Positions 46,488-57,133 of a stretch of DNA of 64,000 nucleotides are shown one piece after another. The notes beneath the pieces are model-generated. The model was not told the origin of the DNA. It did no database searches and was given only the letters and a program-made list of their open reading frames with translations. The translations under genes and the position numbers were made by a program. Each line of letters begins with the position of its first letter. The first letter of the stretch is position 1. The DNA lies in contig CAXTKL010000001.1 in the NCBI GenBank assembly GCA_964244825.1, positions 1,480 through 65,479 on the forward strand, read 5' to 3'. The stretch comes from an uncultured Aestuariivirga sp. Lineage in GTDB: Bacteria > Pseudomonadota > Alphaproteobacteria > Rhizobiales > Aestuariivirgaceae.

Positions 46488-47584
46488 GCGACGATCAGGA
46501 CAAACACAGCAAGACAGAAGCTCCGACCGAAAAAAAACTGTCGGACGCCGTCGAGAAAGGCAACACGCCGTTTTCGCGGGAAATTGTTTCGCTGGCCTCG
46601 CTGTTGGCCATCATCGCGGCCTTGACCCTGATGTTGCCTGAAGTCGTGCTGTCTGTGACCCGTGCGCTGGCCCAGCAATTTGCATCGCTGGATCAGCCTG
46701 TCCTGAATTCTCCGGGGGACACGTCCATGCTGTTCAAGGGTTTGATTGACACCGTGTTGTTCAAGGTGGCACCGCTGCTGGTGCTTCTGGCATTGGGCGG
46801 TGTGGCAGGATCACTCTTACAAAATATTCCTTCTGCAGCGGGCGACAGGGTCGCGCCAGATTGGTCACGGCTGTCGCCTGCCAAAAATCTGTCAAAGATC
46901 ATCGGCAAGGAAGCCCTGATCGAGTTTGCCAAAGCCGGCGCGAAATTTGCAGCACTCGCGACCCTGATTTACTTTGTACTGAAAGCCAAGATCAGTGCTG
47001 TGTTCAACATCGGCCTTGCTGAACCCTCTGCGATTCCCGGTGTTTTGCAGACGACTGTGCTCGATATCCTGTCACCTATCACAATACTCATTCTCATTCT
47101 CGCCGTCGCTGACTTGGTTTGGACACGTCTGAAATGGTGGAATGATCTTAAGATGACGAGGCAGGAACAGAAGGACGAACACAAGAACGCCGAAGGTGAT
47201 CCCTTGCTCAAGCATCGTCGCCGCATGATTGCACAGAAGCGTTTGAAAATCCGGATGATGGCTGATGTGCCAAGGGCCACACTGGTGGTTGTTAATCCCA
47301 CGCATTTTGCCGTTGCGATGCGTTATGTGGCGGCGGAGGGTGGCGCACCGGTTGTTCTCGCCAAAGGCCTCGATCTGGTGGCTTTGAAGATTCGCGAACT
47401 GTCGGAACAGCACAAGGTGCCAATTGTGGAAAACAAGCCCTTGGCACGCTCACTCTATGCAGCCACAGAAGTCGGTGACATGATTCCGGCTGAATACTAC
47501 AAGGCCGTTGCAGAAGTCATTCACTTCGTGGAGCGCAAGCGGCAACTCGCAAGCAAGCCACGAGGAAGCAAATCCTCACTATAG
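46484..47584 (+). CDS. flhB: export protein FlhB
   Basis: KTEAPTEKK, EGDP and the NPTH autocleavage site. Confidence 0.96.
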   Translation: MSDDQDKHSKTEAPTEKKLSDAVEKGNTPFSREIVSLASLLAIIAALTLMLPEVVLSVTRALAQQFASLDQPVLNSPGDTSMLFKGLIDTVLFKVAPLLVLLALGGVAGSLLQNIPSAAGDRVAPDWSRLSPAKNLSKIIGKEALIEFAKAGAKFAALATLIYFVLKAKISAVFNIGLAEPSAIPGVLQTTVLDILSPITILILILAVADLVWTRLKWWNDLKMTRQEQKDEHKNAEGDPLLKHRRRMIAQKRLKIRMMADVPRATLVVVNPTHFAVAMRYVAAEGGAPVVLAKGLDLVALKIRELSEQHKVPIVENKPLARSLYAATEVGDMIPAEYYKAVAEVIHFVERKRQLASKPRGSKSSL

Positions 47585-47604
47585 TGACGCAGAAATTCGA
47601 CTTT

Positions 47605-47635
47605 CAAGATTCGTGCAAGCTCGTAGGCGTATTCT
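47605..47635 (+). promoter_or_regulatory. putative Rem/FtcR-type promoter of the flgB operon
   Basis: CAAG-attcgtg-CAAG-N10-TATTCT. Confidence 0.68.
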
Positions 47636-47660
47636 TGTCTCTATTGTAAGGACGTGTGAG

Positions 47661-48032
47661 ATGAATATTCTGGCCACTGCGGAGAAACATATGTCCTGGT
47701 TGGCCGCCCGGCAAATGGTGGCGTCCGCCAATCTGGCAAATGCTGACACGCCCGGTTTCAAGGCGCGGGACATCTCAGCATTTGGCAAGGAAATGCAGGT
47801 ATCCGCGACACATCTCGCCAAGACCAATGCGGCGCACATTCAAACTGGTTCAGCAGCGGCATCCGGATATGATAGCCAGTTGCAGAACAATGATGAAGTC
47901 TCTCTGTCCGGAAATGATGTCGTCATGGAGAAGGAAATGCGTACCGTTGGTGAGAACGCGCGGCTGTTTGCATTCGACATTGGCTTGATGAAATCTTTCC
48001 AACGCATGTTGCTGACCAGCGTGAAGGGTTGA
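47661..48032 (+). CDS. flgB: basal-body rod protein FlgB
   Basis: RQMVASANLANADTPGFKARD and SGNDVVMEKEM; start moved to ATG 47661. Confidence 0.93.
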   Translation: MNILATAEKHMSWLAARQMVASANLANADTPGFKARDISAFGKEMQVSATHLAKTNAAHIQTGSAAASGYDSQLQNNDEVSLSGNDVVMEKEMRTVGENARLFAFDIGLMKSFQRMLLTSVKG

Positions 48033-48035
48033 TGC

Positions 48036-48455
48036 ATGGATCCGCTCAACATTGCAAACAACACCGCCTTCTCAGGTCTCTTCGCCCAATCCCTGCGCAT
48101 GAAAGTCGTTGCGCAAAACATCGCAAATGCGGAATCGACCGGAACCACTGCCGGGGCGGATGCCTATCGCAGGCGCACCGTGATGTTCTCAAACGCGCTG
48201 AACGCGACAGGTGAAGGGAATAGCGGCATCAAAGCCACCGTGGGATATGACATGTCGGACTTCGGCAAGGAATTCATGCCGTCCAGCAAGGCTGCCGATG
48301 CCAGCGGCTATGTCAAGACGCCCAATGTCAACATGATTGTTGAAATGACCGACATGAGACAGGCGTTGCGTTCCTACGAAGCCAACTTGCAAGTGATCAG
48401 GCAAGGCCGGGACATGGCCAACAGCCTGATTGATCTGCTGAAGTCGAATGGTTGA
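48036..48455 (+). CDS. flgC: basal-body rod protein FlgC
   Basis: NIANAEST and GYVKTPNVN..VEM.DM...RSYEAN. Confidence 0.95.
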   Translation: MDPLNIANNTAFSGLFAQSLRMKVVAQNIANAESTGTTAGADAYRRRTVMFSNALNATGEGNSGIKATVGYDMSDFGKEFMPSSKAADASGYVKTPNVNMIVEMTDMRQALRSYEANLQVIRQGRDMANSLIDLLKSNG

Positions 48456-48463
48456 GGCGACAC

Positions 48464-48742
48464 ATGCTGGACCTTATTTCGCCCATTGCAAACTCCCAAC
48501 CCGCGCTGAAAGCAGTTCAGGTTGGTGTTCAGGCCTCATCCGGAATCCTGGATTTTGCTTCGCACATGATTGATGTGGTGAAACAAGCCGAAACTGCTGC
48601 TGTTGGCGGCATGCAAGGTCAAGTACCCATGCAGGACGTTGTCATGAAAGTGATGGAAGCGGAGCGGGTGTTTGCGACCGCCATGGCCATCAGGGACAAG
48701 GCAGTGGGTGCCTATCTCGAAATTTCCAGAATGCAGATTTGA
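48464..48742 (+). CDS. fliE: hook-basal body protein FliE
   Basis: IRDKAVGAYLEISRMQI. Confidence 0.92.
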   Translation: MLDLISPIANSQPALKAVQVGVQASSGILDFASHMIDVVKQAETAAVGGMQGQVPMQDVVMKVMEAERVFATAMAIRDKAVGAYLEISRMQI

Positions 48743-48749
48743 GGTTATC

Positions 48750-49538
48750 ATGCGGGTATTATCAATTGCGGCGTCTGGAATGAGTGCGCAACAAACCAAT
48801 GTTGAAGTCATTGCCAACAATATTGCGAATTCCAACACAACAGGATTCAAGAAATCCCGCGCCGAGTTTTCTGATCTGCTATATCAGGTTGAAAAAGGCA
48901 GCGCTGTCCCATCTGCCAGCGGTGATACGCTGGTGCCGGAAGGTGCCGAATTGGGCATGGGCGTCAAACTCATGGCGATCCGCAATGTCATCAAGCAAGG
49001 TCCGCTGAGCCAGACAGGCAACCAGCTTGATATCGCCATCAATGGCGAGGGATGGTTGCAAGTCAAGTCGCTGAACGGTGATACTGTTTACACGCGCGCA
49101 GGCAGTCTCAACACTGATGCCAATGGTACTATCGTCAACAGTGACGGGTTGCCCATTGAGCCGCAGATCAGTGTTCCGGCGGAGACGGTGCAGATCACCG
49201 TCAACCGCACCGGCCAGGTTTTTGCCACCACGAAAAATGGTGCGATTGAACAGGAAATCGGTCAGTTGAATCTGGCAACATTTGCAAACCCCGCCGGTTT
49301 GCGGGCGCTGGGCGGCAATCTGTTTCAGGTCACCGAGGCTTCGGGCCAGGCGACAGCCTTCACGCCAGGAGCTGGCCCCGTGGGCACCATCGAGCAGGGC
49401 TATCTTGAGGAGTCGAATGTTGATCCCGTGCAGGAAATCACGGAACTGATTTCCGCGCAGCGGGTCTATGAGTTGAACTCAAAGGTGATCCAGGCCGCCG
49501 ATGATATGGCCGGCATTGTGTCCAAGGGTATTCGTTGA
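48750..49538 (+). CDS. flgG: distal rod protein FlgG
   Basis: NNIANSNTTGFK, FSDLLYQ and LEESNVDPVQE; start moved to ATG 48750. Confidence 0.95.
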   Translation: MRVLSIAASGMSAQQTNVEVIANNIANSNTTGFKKSRAEFSDLLYQVEKGSAVPSASGDTLVPEGAELGMGVKLMAIRNVIKQGPLSQTGNQLDIAINGEGWLQVKSLNGDTVYTRAGSLNTDANGTIVNSDGLPIEPQISVPAETVQITVNRTGQVFATTKNGAIEQEIGQLNLATFANPAGLRALGGNLFQVTEASGQATAFTPGAGPVGTIEQGYLEESNVDPVQEITELISAQRVYELNSKVIQAADDMAGIVSKGIR

Positions 49539-49991
49539 ATGCAAAATACTCTGGCAGTTGCCTTTCTTTTTGCGGTGCTGGGTACCGCACATGCGCAGGA
49601 GGCGACACTGCTGCCTGTTCCGATTGGTCCTGTTTTCCCCGGACAACGCCTGGATCAGGCAGGGGTGACGGAAAAGCTTTTCACTGCCTCTGCCGCGTCG
49701 CGCCAGACTTATGTCTTTGGCAGGGATCAGCTTGATCACATGGAAGCCGCAAGGGTGCTGCAGGCGGGAAAGCCCATACCCCTGCGTTCATTGCGACTGG
49801 CAGAGGATGTGAAAAAAGGACAGGCTGTCAAGGCGGTCTACAACCAGGGTTCGATTGAGATTCAGGGTTTGCTGATGCCGCTCGGCGGTGGCTCTTCCGG
49901 GCAAATGATCGACGCAAGGAATATTTCGTCGAATGAAATCATCAGGGCGAGGGTGTTGCCGGATGGCAGTTTGCTGGTCATTGGCAAGTGA
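49539..49991 (+). CDS. flgA: P-ring formation chaperone FlgA
   Basis: Signal peptide, SAF-like domain and ARNISS..I.ARV; lies between flgG and flgI. Confidence 0.82.
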   Translation: MQNTLAVAFLFAVLGTAHAQEATLLPVPIGPVFPGQRLDQAGVTEKLFTASAASRQTYVFGRDQLDHMEAARVLQAGKPIPLRSLRLAEDVKKGQAVKAVYNQGSIEIQGLLMPLGGGSSGQMIDARNISSNEIIRARVLPDGSLLVIGK

Positions 49992-51091
49992 AGCATTTGG
50001 GGTTGATGGTGTTGGCTTGCACCTTGCTGTTGTCTTGTCCGGCCTTGTCTGCAAGCCGCGTCAAGGACATTGCCTTTGTGCAAGGCCTGCGTGACAACCA
50101 GCTTGTCGGTTATGGATTGGTGATTGGCCTTGCCGGCACCGGGGATGGCCTTCGCAATTCTCCATTCACGGAAAAATCCTTGCGCTCCATGTTGCAGCGT
50201 ATGGGTGTTGCCGTGGAAGCCCAGTCCATCGGCTCAAAGAATGTGGCTGCTGTTGTGGTCACTGCAACGCTGCCGCCCTTTGTAACCGAAGGCACGCGCA
50301 TTGACGTCACAGTTTCCTCCATGGGAGATGCCACGTCACTTGCTGGCGGCACCCTGGTGATGACGCCGTTGTTGGCCGCGAACGGTGATACCTACGCGGT
50401 GGCACAAGGTTCGGTGACGATCAGTGGTTTCACAGCCAGTGGTAACGGCGCAAGTGTGAAAAAAGGTGTGTCGACTGGTGGTGTGGTGCTGAACGGGGCA
50501 ATCATCGAGCAGGACAACACGGCGGAAATAAACGATCTGCCGCGCTTTGCCTTGCAACTGCACAATCCTGACTTCGCCACGTCGGCAAAGGTCGCAAAGG
50601 CGATCAACAGTTACAGCCAGAAAAGCTATGGCAGGAAAATCTCGCGCGCCAAGGACTTTCGTACGGTCGAAGTGATTCGGCCTGACAAGGTGAGCGCAAC
50701 GCAGCTCTTTGCTGATATCGGTGCGCTGCTGGTTGATGTTGATGTGCCCGCGCGGGTGATTATCGACGCCAAGAGCGGAACTGTTGTCATCGGGCAAAAT
50801 GTGCGGGTTTCACCCGTGGCGGTGTCGCATGGCAACCTGATCATCAAGGTCAGGGAGCGCCCGACAGCCTCACAGCCGGAAGCTTTGTCAGATGGCCAGA
50901 CCGTCGTGCTTCCCAAGACAGATATCCAGATCGACAATACGGGAAAGCCCGTCGGCATTCTGGAGGGAGCTTCGCTGGACGATCTGGTGGATGGCCTCAA
51001 CAACATGGGCGTGAAGCCCGATGACATCATCGACATCTTGCAATCACTGAAGGATGTCGGTGCCTTGCAGGCGGAACTGATTGTTCAATAG
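49988..51091 (+). CDS. flgI: P-ring protein
   Basis: RVKDI, RDNQLVGYGLVIGLAGTGD and GALQAEL. Confidence 0.96.
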   Translation: MKHLGLMVLACTLLLSCPALSASRVKDIAFVQGLRDNQLVGYGLVIGLAGTGDGLRNSPFTEKSLRSMLQRMGVAVEAQSIGSKNVAAVVVTATLPPFVTEGTRIDVTVSSMGDATSLAGGTLVMTPLLAANGDTYAVAQGSVTISGFTASGNGASVKKGVSTGGVVLNGAIIEQDNTAEINDLPRFALQLHNPDFATSAKVAKAINSYSQKSYGRKISRAKDFRTVEVIRPDKVSATQLFADIGALLVDVDVPARVIIDAKSGTVVIGQNVRVSPVAVSHGNLIIKVRERPTASQPEALSDGQTVVLPKTDIQIDNTGKPVGILEGASLDDLVDGLNNMGVKPDDIIDILQSLKDVGALQAELIVQ

Positions 51092-51107
51092 GATTGCGGA
51101 CTTGATC

Positions 51108-51614
51108 ATGACAGCCAAACTTTCCGCTTTCACTGTGTTTTGTCTGGCGGCTTTTTGTGGGCCATGTGTGGCGGAGGAAAGCACGGCCGTGCAATTCCAA
51201 AAACCGAGGGATGAAGCTATTGATCTTTGCCGGTCGTTCGCCAAAAAGGCCGCCGAAACCAAGCTTGCCCGTCAGAACAACGAATTGCTGTTGATCAAGT
51301 CAAAGATTGAAGAACAGTTGCTGGTGCTCGATCAAAAAACGAAACTACTGGATCAATGGGTATCGAAGCGCGACAAGATCCGTGCTGCCGTATCTGACCG
51401 TCTGGTCAACATATATTCCAACGTTGAGCCGGAGATCGCTGCTCAGCAGCTTCAAAAATTAGATGCAGAGATGGCTTCCGAAGTGTTGCAGCGGCTGAAT
51501 CCCAAGACATCCGGCGAGATTGTCTCGGCCATGGACGTGACGTTTGCCAGCAAGCTGGTGAAGTTGATGTCTATGGATGCGGGAAAACCCATACAAAAAG
51601 CAGAACAACCATGA
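51108..51614 (+). CDS. motE: MotE (MotC chaperone)
   Basis: Coiled coil then LVNIYSNVEPEIAA...L..LNPK.SGEIV..M; lies between flgI and flgH. Confidence 0.82.
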   Translation: MTAKLSAFTVFCLAAFCGPCVAEESTAVQFQKPRDEAIDLCRSFAKKAAETKLARQNNELLLIKSKIEEQLLVLDQKTKLLDQWVSKRDKIRAAVSDRLVNIYSNVEPEIAAQQLQKLDAEMASEVLQRLNPKTSGEIVSAMDVTFASKLVKLMSMDAGKPIQKAEQP

Positions 51615-52318
51615 AACTTGTGATCAAAATCGTCCCGTTGATATTCATGCTGTGTGCCTGCACTGCGCAAACCCGCAAACTGCTCGATCAGCCGCAGCTG
51701 TCGCCCGTGGGCAGCGGTATCAATGACGCGCTTGTCACGTCAAGCGTGAAAACGTCATTTGAGGGCCGCACTGACGATCACCAGTCCTCGTCATGGATAG
51801 GGGGGCACGCGGATTTTTTTCGGGATTCAAGGCCCCGAAGCAGGGGCGACCTGATTACAATCAACATTGCCGTCAACGATAGTGCGACATTCAACAATTC
51901 GTCCGCCAGGTCGCGGAAGTCAGCCAATACTGCGAGTACGGATTTTGATATCGGTCTCTTTGCTTTCGCTGCCCAGGGTAAGGGTGACGCCAAAATCAAT
52001 GGCAACGCTGCCTCCAGCGGCCAGGGCTCCGTCGTCAGGTCGGAGAAATTGAAATTGAAGCTGACGGCGATCGTCAAGGAGGTGCTGCCCAATGGCTATT
52101 TTATTGTTGAAGGCACCCAACAGGTTCTGGTGAACAGTGAAATGCGCGACGTGCGAGTGGCAGGCATCGTCAACCCTAACGACATTGCACCTGACAATTC
52201 CATTGACTACCACAGACTGGCCGAGGCGCGCGTGCAATATGGTGGTGCAGGCACGGTATCCACGGCGCAAAGGCCTGCCTGGGGCGTGCAACTTTGGGAC
52301 AAGATTATGCCGTTCTAG
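51611..52318 (+). CDS. flgH: L-ring lipoprotein
   Basis: Lipobox LCAC, GDLITI, VLPNG and AEARVQYGG. Confidence 0.95.
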   Translation: MKLVIKIVPLIFMLCACTAQTRKLLDQPQLSPVGSGINDALVTSSVKTSFEGRTDDHQSSSWIGGHADFFRDSRPRSRGDLITINIAVNDSATFNNSSARSRKSANTASTDFDIGLFAFAAQGKGDAKINGNAASSGQGSVVRSEKLKLKLTAIVKEVLPNGYFIVEGTQQVLVNSEMRDVRVAGIVNPNDIAPDNSIDYHRLAEARVQYGGAGTVSTAQRPAWGVQLWDKIMPF

Positions 52319-52325
52319 TCGTACA

Positions 52326-52841
52326 ATGGCGACTCAGAAAACAGAAGCTGCGCCCAAGGGCGGTCTCAAGCATTTGCTCGTGGCATCAGTGGGCGTGAGT
52401 GTTCTCGGATTGGCCGCTGGCTTTTTCGGTGGTGCTGCGCTGCTGACAAAGGACACCTCTCCTGAACAAGCGCAGATGCAAACCGCCGCGCCCGGTGAGG
52501 GTGCTCACGATGCGAAATCGGTTGACGCCGAAAAAGCGGTGCCCGTCGAATACAACATTGTGCCGCTGCAACCCATCATCACAAATCTTGCGGACTCCTC
52601 AAGCGTTTGGGTGCGGCTGGAAGGCAGTGTCCTTATCAACAAGAAGAGCGATGTGAAGCAGGACATATTGGCGCTGAAATTATCGCAACACGTATTGGCC
52701 TATCTGCGGACCCTGAAACTGACGGATGTGCAAGGTGTGGGTGCGCTGCCGGCCATTTCCCAGGACCTGGACGAAATCGTTCAGACCTTGAGTGATGGAC
52801 AGGCCCAAGGCGTTTTAATTTCCGGGCTGGTGTTTGAATGA
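52326..52841 (+). CDS. fliL: flagellar basal-body protein FliL
   Basis: N-terminal TM, PIITNLA...WVRLE and AYLRT; start moved to ATG 52326. Confidence 0.88.
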   Translation: MATQKTEAAPKGGLKHLLVASVGVSVLGLAAGFFGGAALLTKDTSPEQAQMQTAAPGEGAHDAKSVDAEKAVPVEYNIVPLQPIITNLADSSSVWVRLEGSVLINKKSDVKQDILALKLSQHVLAYLRTLKLTDVQGVGALPAISQDLDEIVQTLSDGQAQGVLISGLVFE

Positions 52842-53587
52842 GATCATGGGCTTATTTGCTTGCCTCAGTTTTGGTGATCGCGGTAATGCCCTGTGCCTTT
52901 GCCCAGGTGCCAAATGTGCCCAATCCTGGTCCACTCGCGCCAATAGGGAACAGTCAGGTCACGGCGCAAATGGTGCAGTATGTGGTTCTCATCACCACGC
53001 TCTCCGTGGCCCCGGGCCTTGCGGTCATGTTGACGAGCTTCACCCGTATCGTCATTGCTTTGTCATTTCTGCGCAACGGCATCGGTCTGCAAACCACGCC
53101 TTCGACAATTCTGCTGGTGACGCTGGCCATGTTTCTGACCTTCTTCATCATGGCACCGACATTTGACAGTGCGTGGAAAAATGGTGTTCAGCCCTATATG
53201 GACGGCAAGCTCGGTGAAACCGAAGCCTATGAACGCACCTCCGGACCCTTCCGCGAATTCATGTTGCGCAACGTGCGTGAAAAGGAACTGGCGTTTTTCC
53301 AGGAACTGGCGCCGAAGGAAACGTTTGGCGCCGAACCCGCTGCGGGGGATTTACGCATTCTGGTTCCGGCTTTCATGGTGTCCGAATTGCGCCGGGGTTT
53401 TGAGATCGGATTTCTGGTGGTGTTGCCGTTTCTGATCATTGATCTCGTTGTGGCCACAGTTACCATGTCCATGGGCATGATGATGCTGCCCCCCACTGTG
53501 ATTTCGCTGCCCTTCAAGGTTCTGTTTTTCGTCCTGATTGACGGCTGGACACTTCTCATAGGAAGTCTGGTACGCTCCTTTCAATAG
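52838..53587 (+). CDS. fliP: export apparatus protein FliP
   Basis: TSFTRIVI, PAFMVSEL and GMMMLPP..ISLPFK..FVLIDGW. Confidence 0.97.
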   Translation: MRSWAYLLASVLVIAVMPCAFAQVPNVPNPGPLAPIGNSQVTAQMVQYVVLITTLSVAPGLAVMLTSFTRIVIALSFLRNGIGLQTTPSTILLVTLAMFLTFFIMAPTFDSAWKNGVQPYMDGKLGETEAYERTSGPFREFMLRNVREKELAFFQELAPKETFGAEPAAGDLRILVPAFMVSELRRGFEIGFLVVLPFLIIDLVVATVTMSMGMMMLPPTVISLPFKVLFFVLIDGWTLLIGSLVRSFQ

Positions 53588-53737
53588 TCCCGTCAGCGCT
53601 GATATTTTCCAGGACATGACAAAGCGGTTTGACCGACAGGATTATTCAAAAAGCGCTTGCAAGAAAACCTCCGCTCGTCTTTAAGACCAACGAACTGAAG
53701 TGACTCAGAATTGCAATTTTAAACTCTGCGAGCGCAT

Positions 53738-54616
53738 TTGACAAAAGGCATCATTCTGGCCGGCGGAACCGGAAGTCGGCTCTTTCCTCTTACGTTGGGT
53801 GTGTCAAAACAGCTGCTACCAGTGTATGACAAGCCGATGATCTATTATCCGTTATCGACACTGATGGCGGCATCAATCCGTGATATTCTCGTGATTTCGA
53901 CGCCCTTGGATCTGCCGCAATTCCAACGGTTGTTGGGCAATGGCAGTGAGTTCGGGATTAATATTTCTTATGCTGCGCAGCCAAATCCCGGTGGTTTGGC
54001 ACAAGCTTTTACAATCGGCGAAACATTCATCGGGACATCGTCCTGCGCACTCATTTTGGGCGACAACCTTTTTTATGGATCAGGACTGTCAGAAAGTTTG
54101 ACGCGTGCCGCTGCGCAAAAAAGCGGCGCTACGGTTTTCGCCTATCAGGTCAAAGATCCGGAACGCTACGGTGTGATTGATTTTGACCAGCAGCATATAG
54201 CAAAAAGTATAGAAGAAAAGCCTTCGAAACCAAAGTCTAACTGGGCCGTAACCGGGTTGTATTTCTACGACAATGACGTGGTGTCCATTGCCAAGTCAAT
54301 GAAACCGTCGCCTCGCGGTGAATATGAAATTACGGATGTGAATTCAGAGTATCTGCGCATGAATAAGCTTCAGGTAGAGTTGATGGGCAGGGGCTACGCA
54401 TGGCTTGACACAGGAACACATGATGCGCTGCAAGACGCTGGTGCCTTTGTGCGAACCATTGAACTGCGTCAAGGTATCAAGATATGCTGTCCTGAAGAAA
54501 TTGCGTTTGGACTTGGCTATATTTCTGCCGATGCCTTGGTTGCCCGCGCATTGAAGCTCGGTTCAACTGAATATGCAAACTATCTGTTGAAATTGGCAGC
54601 CGCTGGAGGGAGTTGA
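53738..54616 (+). CDS. rfbA: glucose-1-phosphate thymidylyltransferase
   Basis: [32 protein letters not shown] and WLDTGT. Confidence 0.97.
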   Translation: MTKGIILAGGTGSRLFPLTLGVSKQLLPVYDKPMIYYPLSTLMAASIRDILVISTPLDLPQFQRLLGNGSEFGINISYAAQPNPGGLAQAFTIGETFIGTSSCALILGDNLFYGSGLSESLTRAAAQKSGATVFAYQVKDPERYGVIDFDQQHIAKSIEEKPSKPKSNWAVTGLYFYDNDVVSIAKSMKPSPRGEYEITDVNSEYLRMNKLQVELMGRGYAWLDTGTHDALQDAGAFVRTIELRQGIKICCPEEIAFGLGYISADALVARALKLGSTEYANYLLKLAAAGGS

Positions 54617-54618
54617 AT

Positions 54619-55191
54619 ATGAATTTCCGCCAACTTGATTTACCTGAGGTTATAGAAATTCTACCAGTCAAACATGGCGACGACAGGGGGTTTTTTTCTG
54701 AGACATTCTCCGCACGTGCGATGAGGGAAAGTGGGCTTCCGTCTCACTGGGTGCAAGACAATTTTTCGAAATCAAGCCAACAATACGTGTTACGTGGGCT
54801 GCACTATCAATCTCCTCCCCGGGCTCAAGATAAGCTTGTGCGTGTCATACGAGGATCCATTTTTGACGTTGCCGTAGATATCCGCCGTGGATCACCGCGC
54901 TTTGGGCAATGGGCCGCAATGGTTTTATCAACCAATGCCTGGAATCAATTGTTTATTCCAAAAGGTTTTGCTCATGGATTTCTGACCTTGGAGGCAGATA
55001 CGGAAGTGGCCTACAAAGTGACGGATCAGTACGCTTCTGAATGTGACCGCACAATTGCGTGGAATGACCCGGTGATTAATATCGCATGGCCATTGCACGG
55101 GGTTCAACCCATTCTCTCCAACAAAGACGCGCACGCGCCACGGCTGTCAGACGTAATGACACAATTTGAATTTGAAATGGCTTCGCGATGA
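54619..55191 (+). CDS. rfbC: dTDP-4-dehydrorhamnose 3,5-epimerase
   Basis: [20 protein letters not shown] and GFAHGF. Confidence 0.96.
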   Translation: MNFRQLDLPEVIEILPVKHGDDRGFFSETFSARAMRESGLPSHWVQDNFSKSSQQYVLRGLHYQSPPRAQDKLVRVIRGSIFDVAVDIRRGSPRFGQWAAMVLSTNAWNQLFIPKGFAHGFLTLEADTEVAYKVTDQYASECDRTIAWNDPVINIAWPLHGVQPILSNKDAHAPRLSDVMTQFEFEMASR

Positions 55192-56249
55192 AAGTTTTGG
55201 TCACTGGCGGATGCGGTTTCATAGGGTCCGCAGTGTGCCGGCATTTTGTACGTGAATTAGGCTACGACGTCTCGAATGTGGACAGCCTCACCTATGCAGC
55301 CACAACAGGTTCAACCAACAACCTGGTTCACACCGGTCGATATAAACATTTTGCGACAGATATTGGCAATGTACGCGGCGTACTTGAAATCATGACGCAG
55401 GAGAAGCCAGACGCGATTGTGCACTTGGCAGCGGAAAGCCATGTGGACCGTTCAATTGACGATGCTTCCATATTCATTCAGACAAATGTGGTCGGCACGC
55501 ACGCGATGTTGGTGGCGGCACGCATGTATTTTTTGTCGCTTAACCAACCCGCCCGCGAAACATTTCGCTTTCACCATGTTTCGACCGATGAGGTCTATGG
55601 TGATCTGCCGTTTGACAATTCGAAGTTTTCTGAAACATCCACTTATTCTCCAAGATCGCCTTATTCTGCCAGTAAGGCGGCATCTGACCATTTGGTAAGT
55701 GCCTGGAACCATACTTATGGATTGCCCACTCTCATTACAAACTGTTCCAATAATTATGGGCCCTATCACTTTCCCGAAAAACTCATCCCCTTGATGATCC
55801 TGAACGCATTGGAGGCAAAGCCGCTGCCAGTTTATGGCGACGGAAGGAACGTAAGAGATTGGCTTTTTGTCGAGGATCACGCGCGGGCAATTTCCGAAGT
55901 GTTACTGCGCGGAAGAGTCGGAGAAACCTATAATATTGGCGGGAACAGTGAACGGTCAAATTTGCAAGTCGTCAACGCAATCATCAACTTGATTGATCAA
56001 CGTGTACCACTCTCGAACGGGAAAAATCGGCGCGATCTCATTGTCTATGTTGACGATCGGCCGGGTCATGATCGTCGCTACGCTGTTGATTGCACCAAAA
56101 TCTCACGTGATCTGGGTTGGCGCGCAAATGAAACATTTGAAACTGGCCTCTTGAAGACGGTAGATTGGTATTTGGAAAATGCGCAATGGTGGGGTCCTCT
56201 GCGGAATAAAGTCTATGATGGTGCCCGTCTCGGATTTGCGCGATCATGA
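55188..56249 (+). CDS. rfbB: dTDP-glucose 4,6-dehydratase
   Basis: [33 protein letters not shown] and DRPGHDRRY. Confidence 0.97.
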   Translation: MKVLVTGGCGFIGSAVCRHFVRELGYDVSNVDSLTYAATTGSTNNLVHTGRYKHFATDIGNVRGVLEIMTQEKPDAIVHLAAESHVDRSIDDASIFIQTNVVGTHAMLVAARMYFLSLNQPARETFRFHHVSTDEVYGDLPFDNSKFSETSTYSPRSPYSASKAASDHLVSAWNHTYGLPTLITNCSNNYGPYHFPEKLIPLMILNALEAKPLPVYGDGRNVRDWLFVEDHARAISEVLLRGRVGETYNIGGNSERSNLQVVNAIINLIDQRVPLSNGKNRRDLIVYVDDRPGHDRRYAVDCTKISRDLGWRANETFETGLLKTVDWYLENAQWWGPLRNKVYDGARLGFARS

Positions 56250-57133
56250 AAGTCTTGGTTATTGGCCGGGCCGGACAAGTCGCAACTTGCCTCCAAAGGC
56301 TCGCGACGGATGAAGTGGATTTTTCACTAGAGTGCATGGGCAGGCCAGAACTAGACTTGGAATCTTTGGCACGGGCCATTGAAATTGTGATGAAACGTAA
56401 ACCGGATGTTTTGGTAAATGCTGCTGCTTTCACTGACGTCGAACGCGCTGAGGTGGAGCCCGAAAAAGCTTTTGCCATCAACGCCAGAGCATCTGGGGCG
56501 TTAGCGGTTGCAGCTAACCGAATGGGAGTTCCGTTTATTCACATTTCAACCGACTATGTTTTTTCAGGCGAGAAGACAGAACCATATTGTGAAACTGATG
56601 ACGTATCGCCCATCAACAGCTACGGGTTGTCGAAACTGCAAGGGGAGTGCGCAATTCAGGCCGCACATGATGACGCTATAATTCTCCGAACGTCTTGGGT
56701 CTACAGTCCGTTTGGCAAGAATTTTCTGAAAACTATTTATGCTCTTATGCAATCACAAAAGGAAATCAATGTCGTAGATGACCAGCATGGCAGCCCTACT
56801 TCGGCATGGGAGATTTCCAAGGCCATTTTGAAAATCTGCGAATTGAAACACAAAGGCCACCAAAGTACTGGTATATATCACTTGGCAGCGTCGGGTGCTA
56901 CGACATGGTATGGCTTTGCAAATTTCATTCGAAGCATGTCGGGTTTGCACACTGGACGAAACGTTCAAATGAATCCTATTCCAAGCAGCGCGTTTGCTAC
57001 AAAAGCGAAGCGACCAAAGAATTCGGTTCTTGACACTTCAAAATTATATAGAGATTTTGATATCCATTTACCTGCTTGGCGGTTGTCTGTACGCGAGTGC
57101 CTTGATCAACTCATTGCATTGAATTCAAAGTGA
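56246..57133 (+). CDS. rfbD: dTDP-4-dehydrorhamnose reductase
   Basis: [26 protein letters not shown] and DQHGSPT. Confidence 0.96.
   Translation: MKVLVIGRAGQVATCLQRLATDEVDFSLECMGRPELDLESLARAIEIVMKRKPDVLVNAAAFTDVERAEVEPEKAFAINARASGALAVAANRMGVPFIHISTDYVFSGEKTEPYCETDDVSPINSYGLSKLQGECAIQAAHDDAIILRTSWVYSPFGKNFLKTIYALMQSQKEINVVDDQHGSPTSAWEISKAILKICELKHKGHQSTGIYHLAASGATTWYGFANFIRSMSGLHTGRNVQMNPIPSSAFATKAKRPKNSVLDTSKLYRDFDIHLPAWRLSVRECLDQLIALNSK

Noticed and set aside
19600-53587. Absence of fliD, fliS, fliA and flgM as a defect
   Set aside because: These genes are normally absent from alphaproteobacterial flagellar systems of this type.
53649-53685. TGCAAG upstream of rmlA as a flagellar-regulon site
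   Set aside because: There is no upstream AG half-site and no TA at the -10 position; it is more likely an ordinary -35 (TTGCAA).
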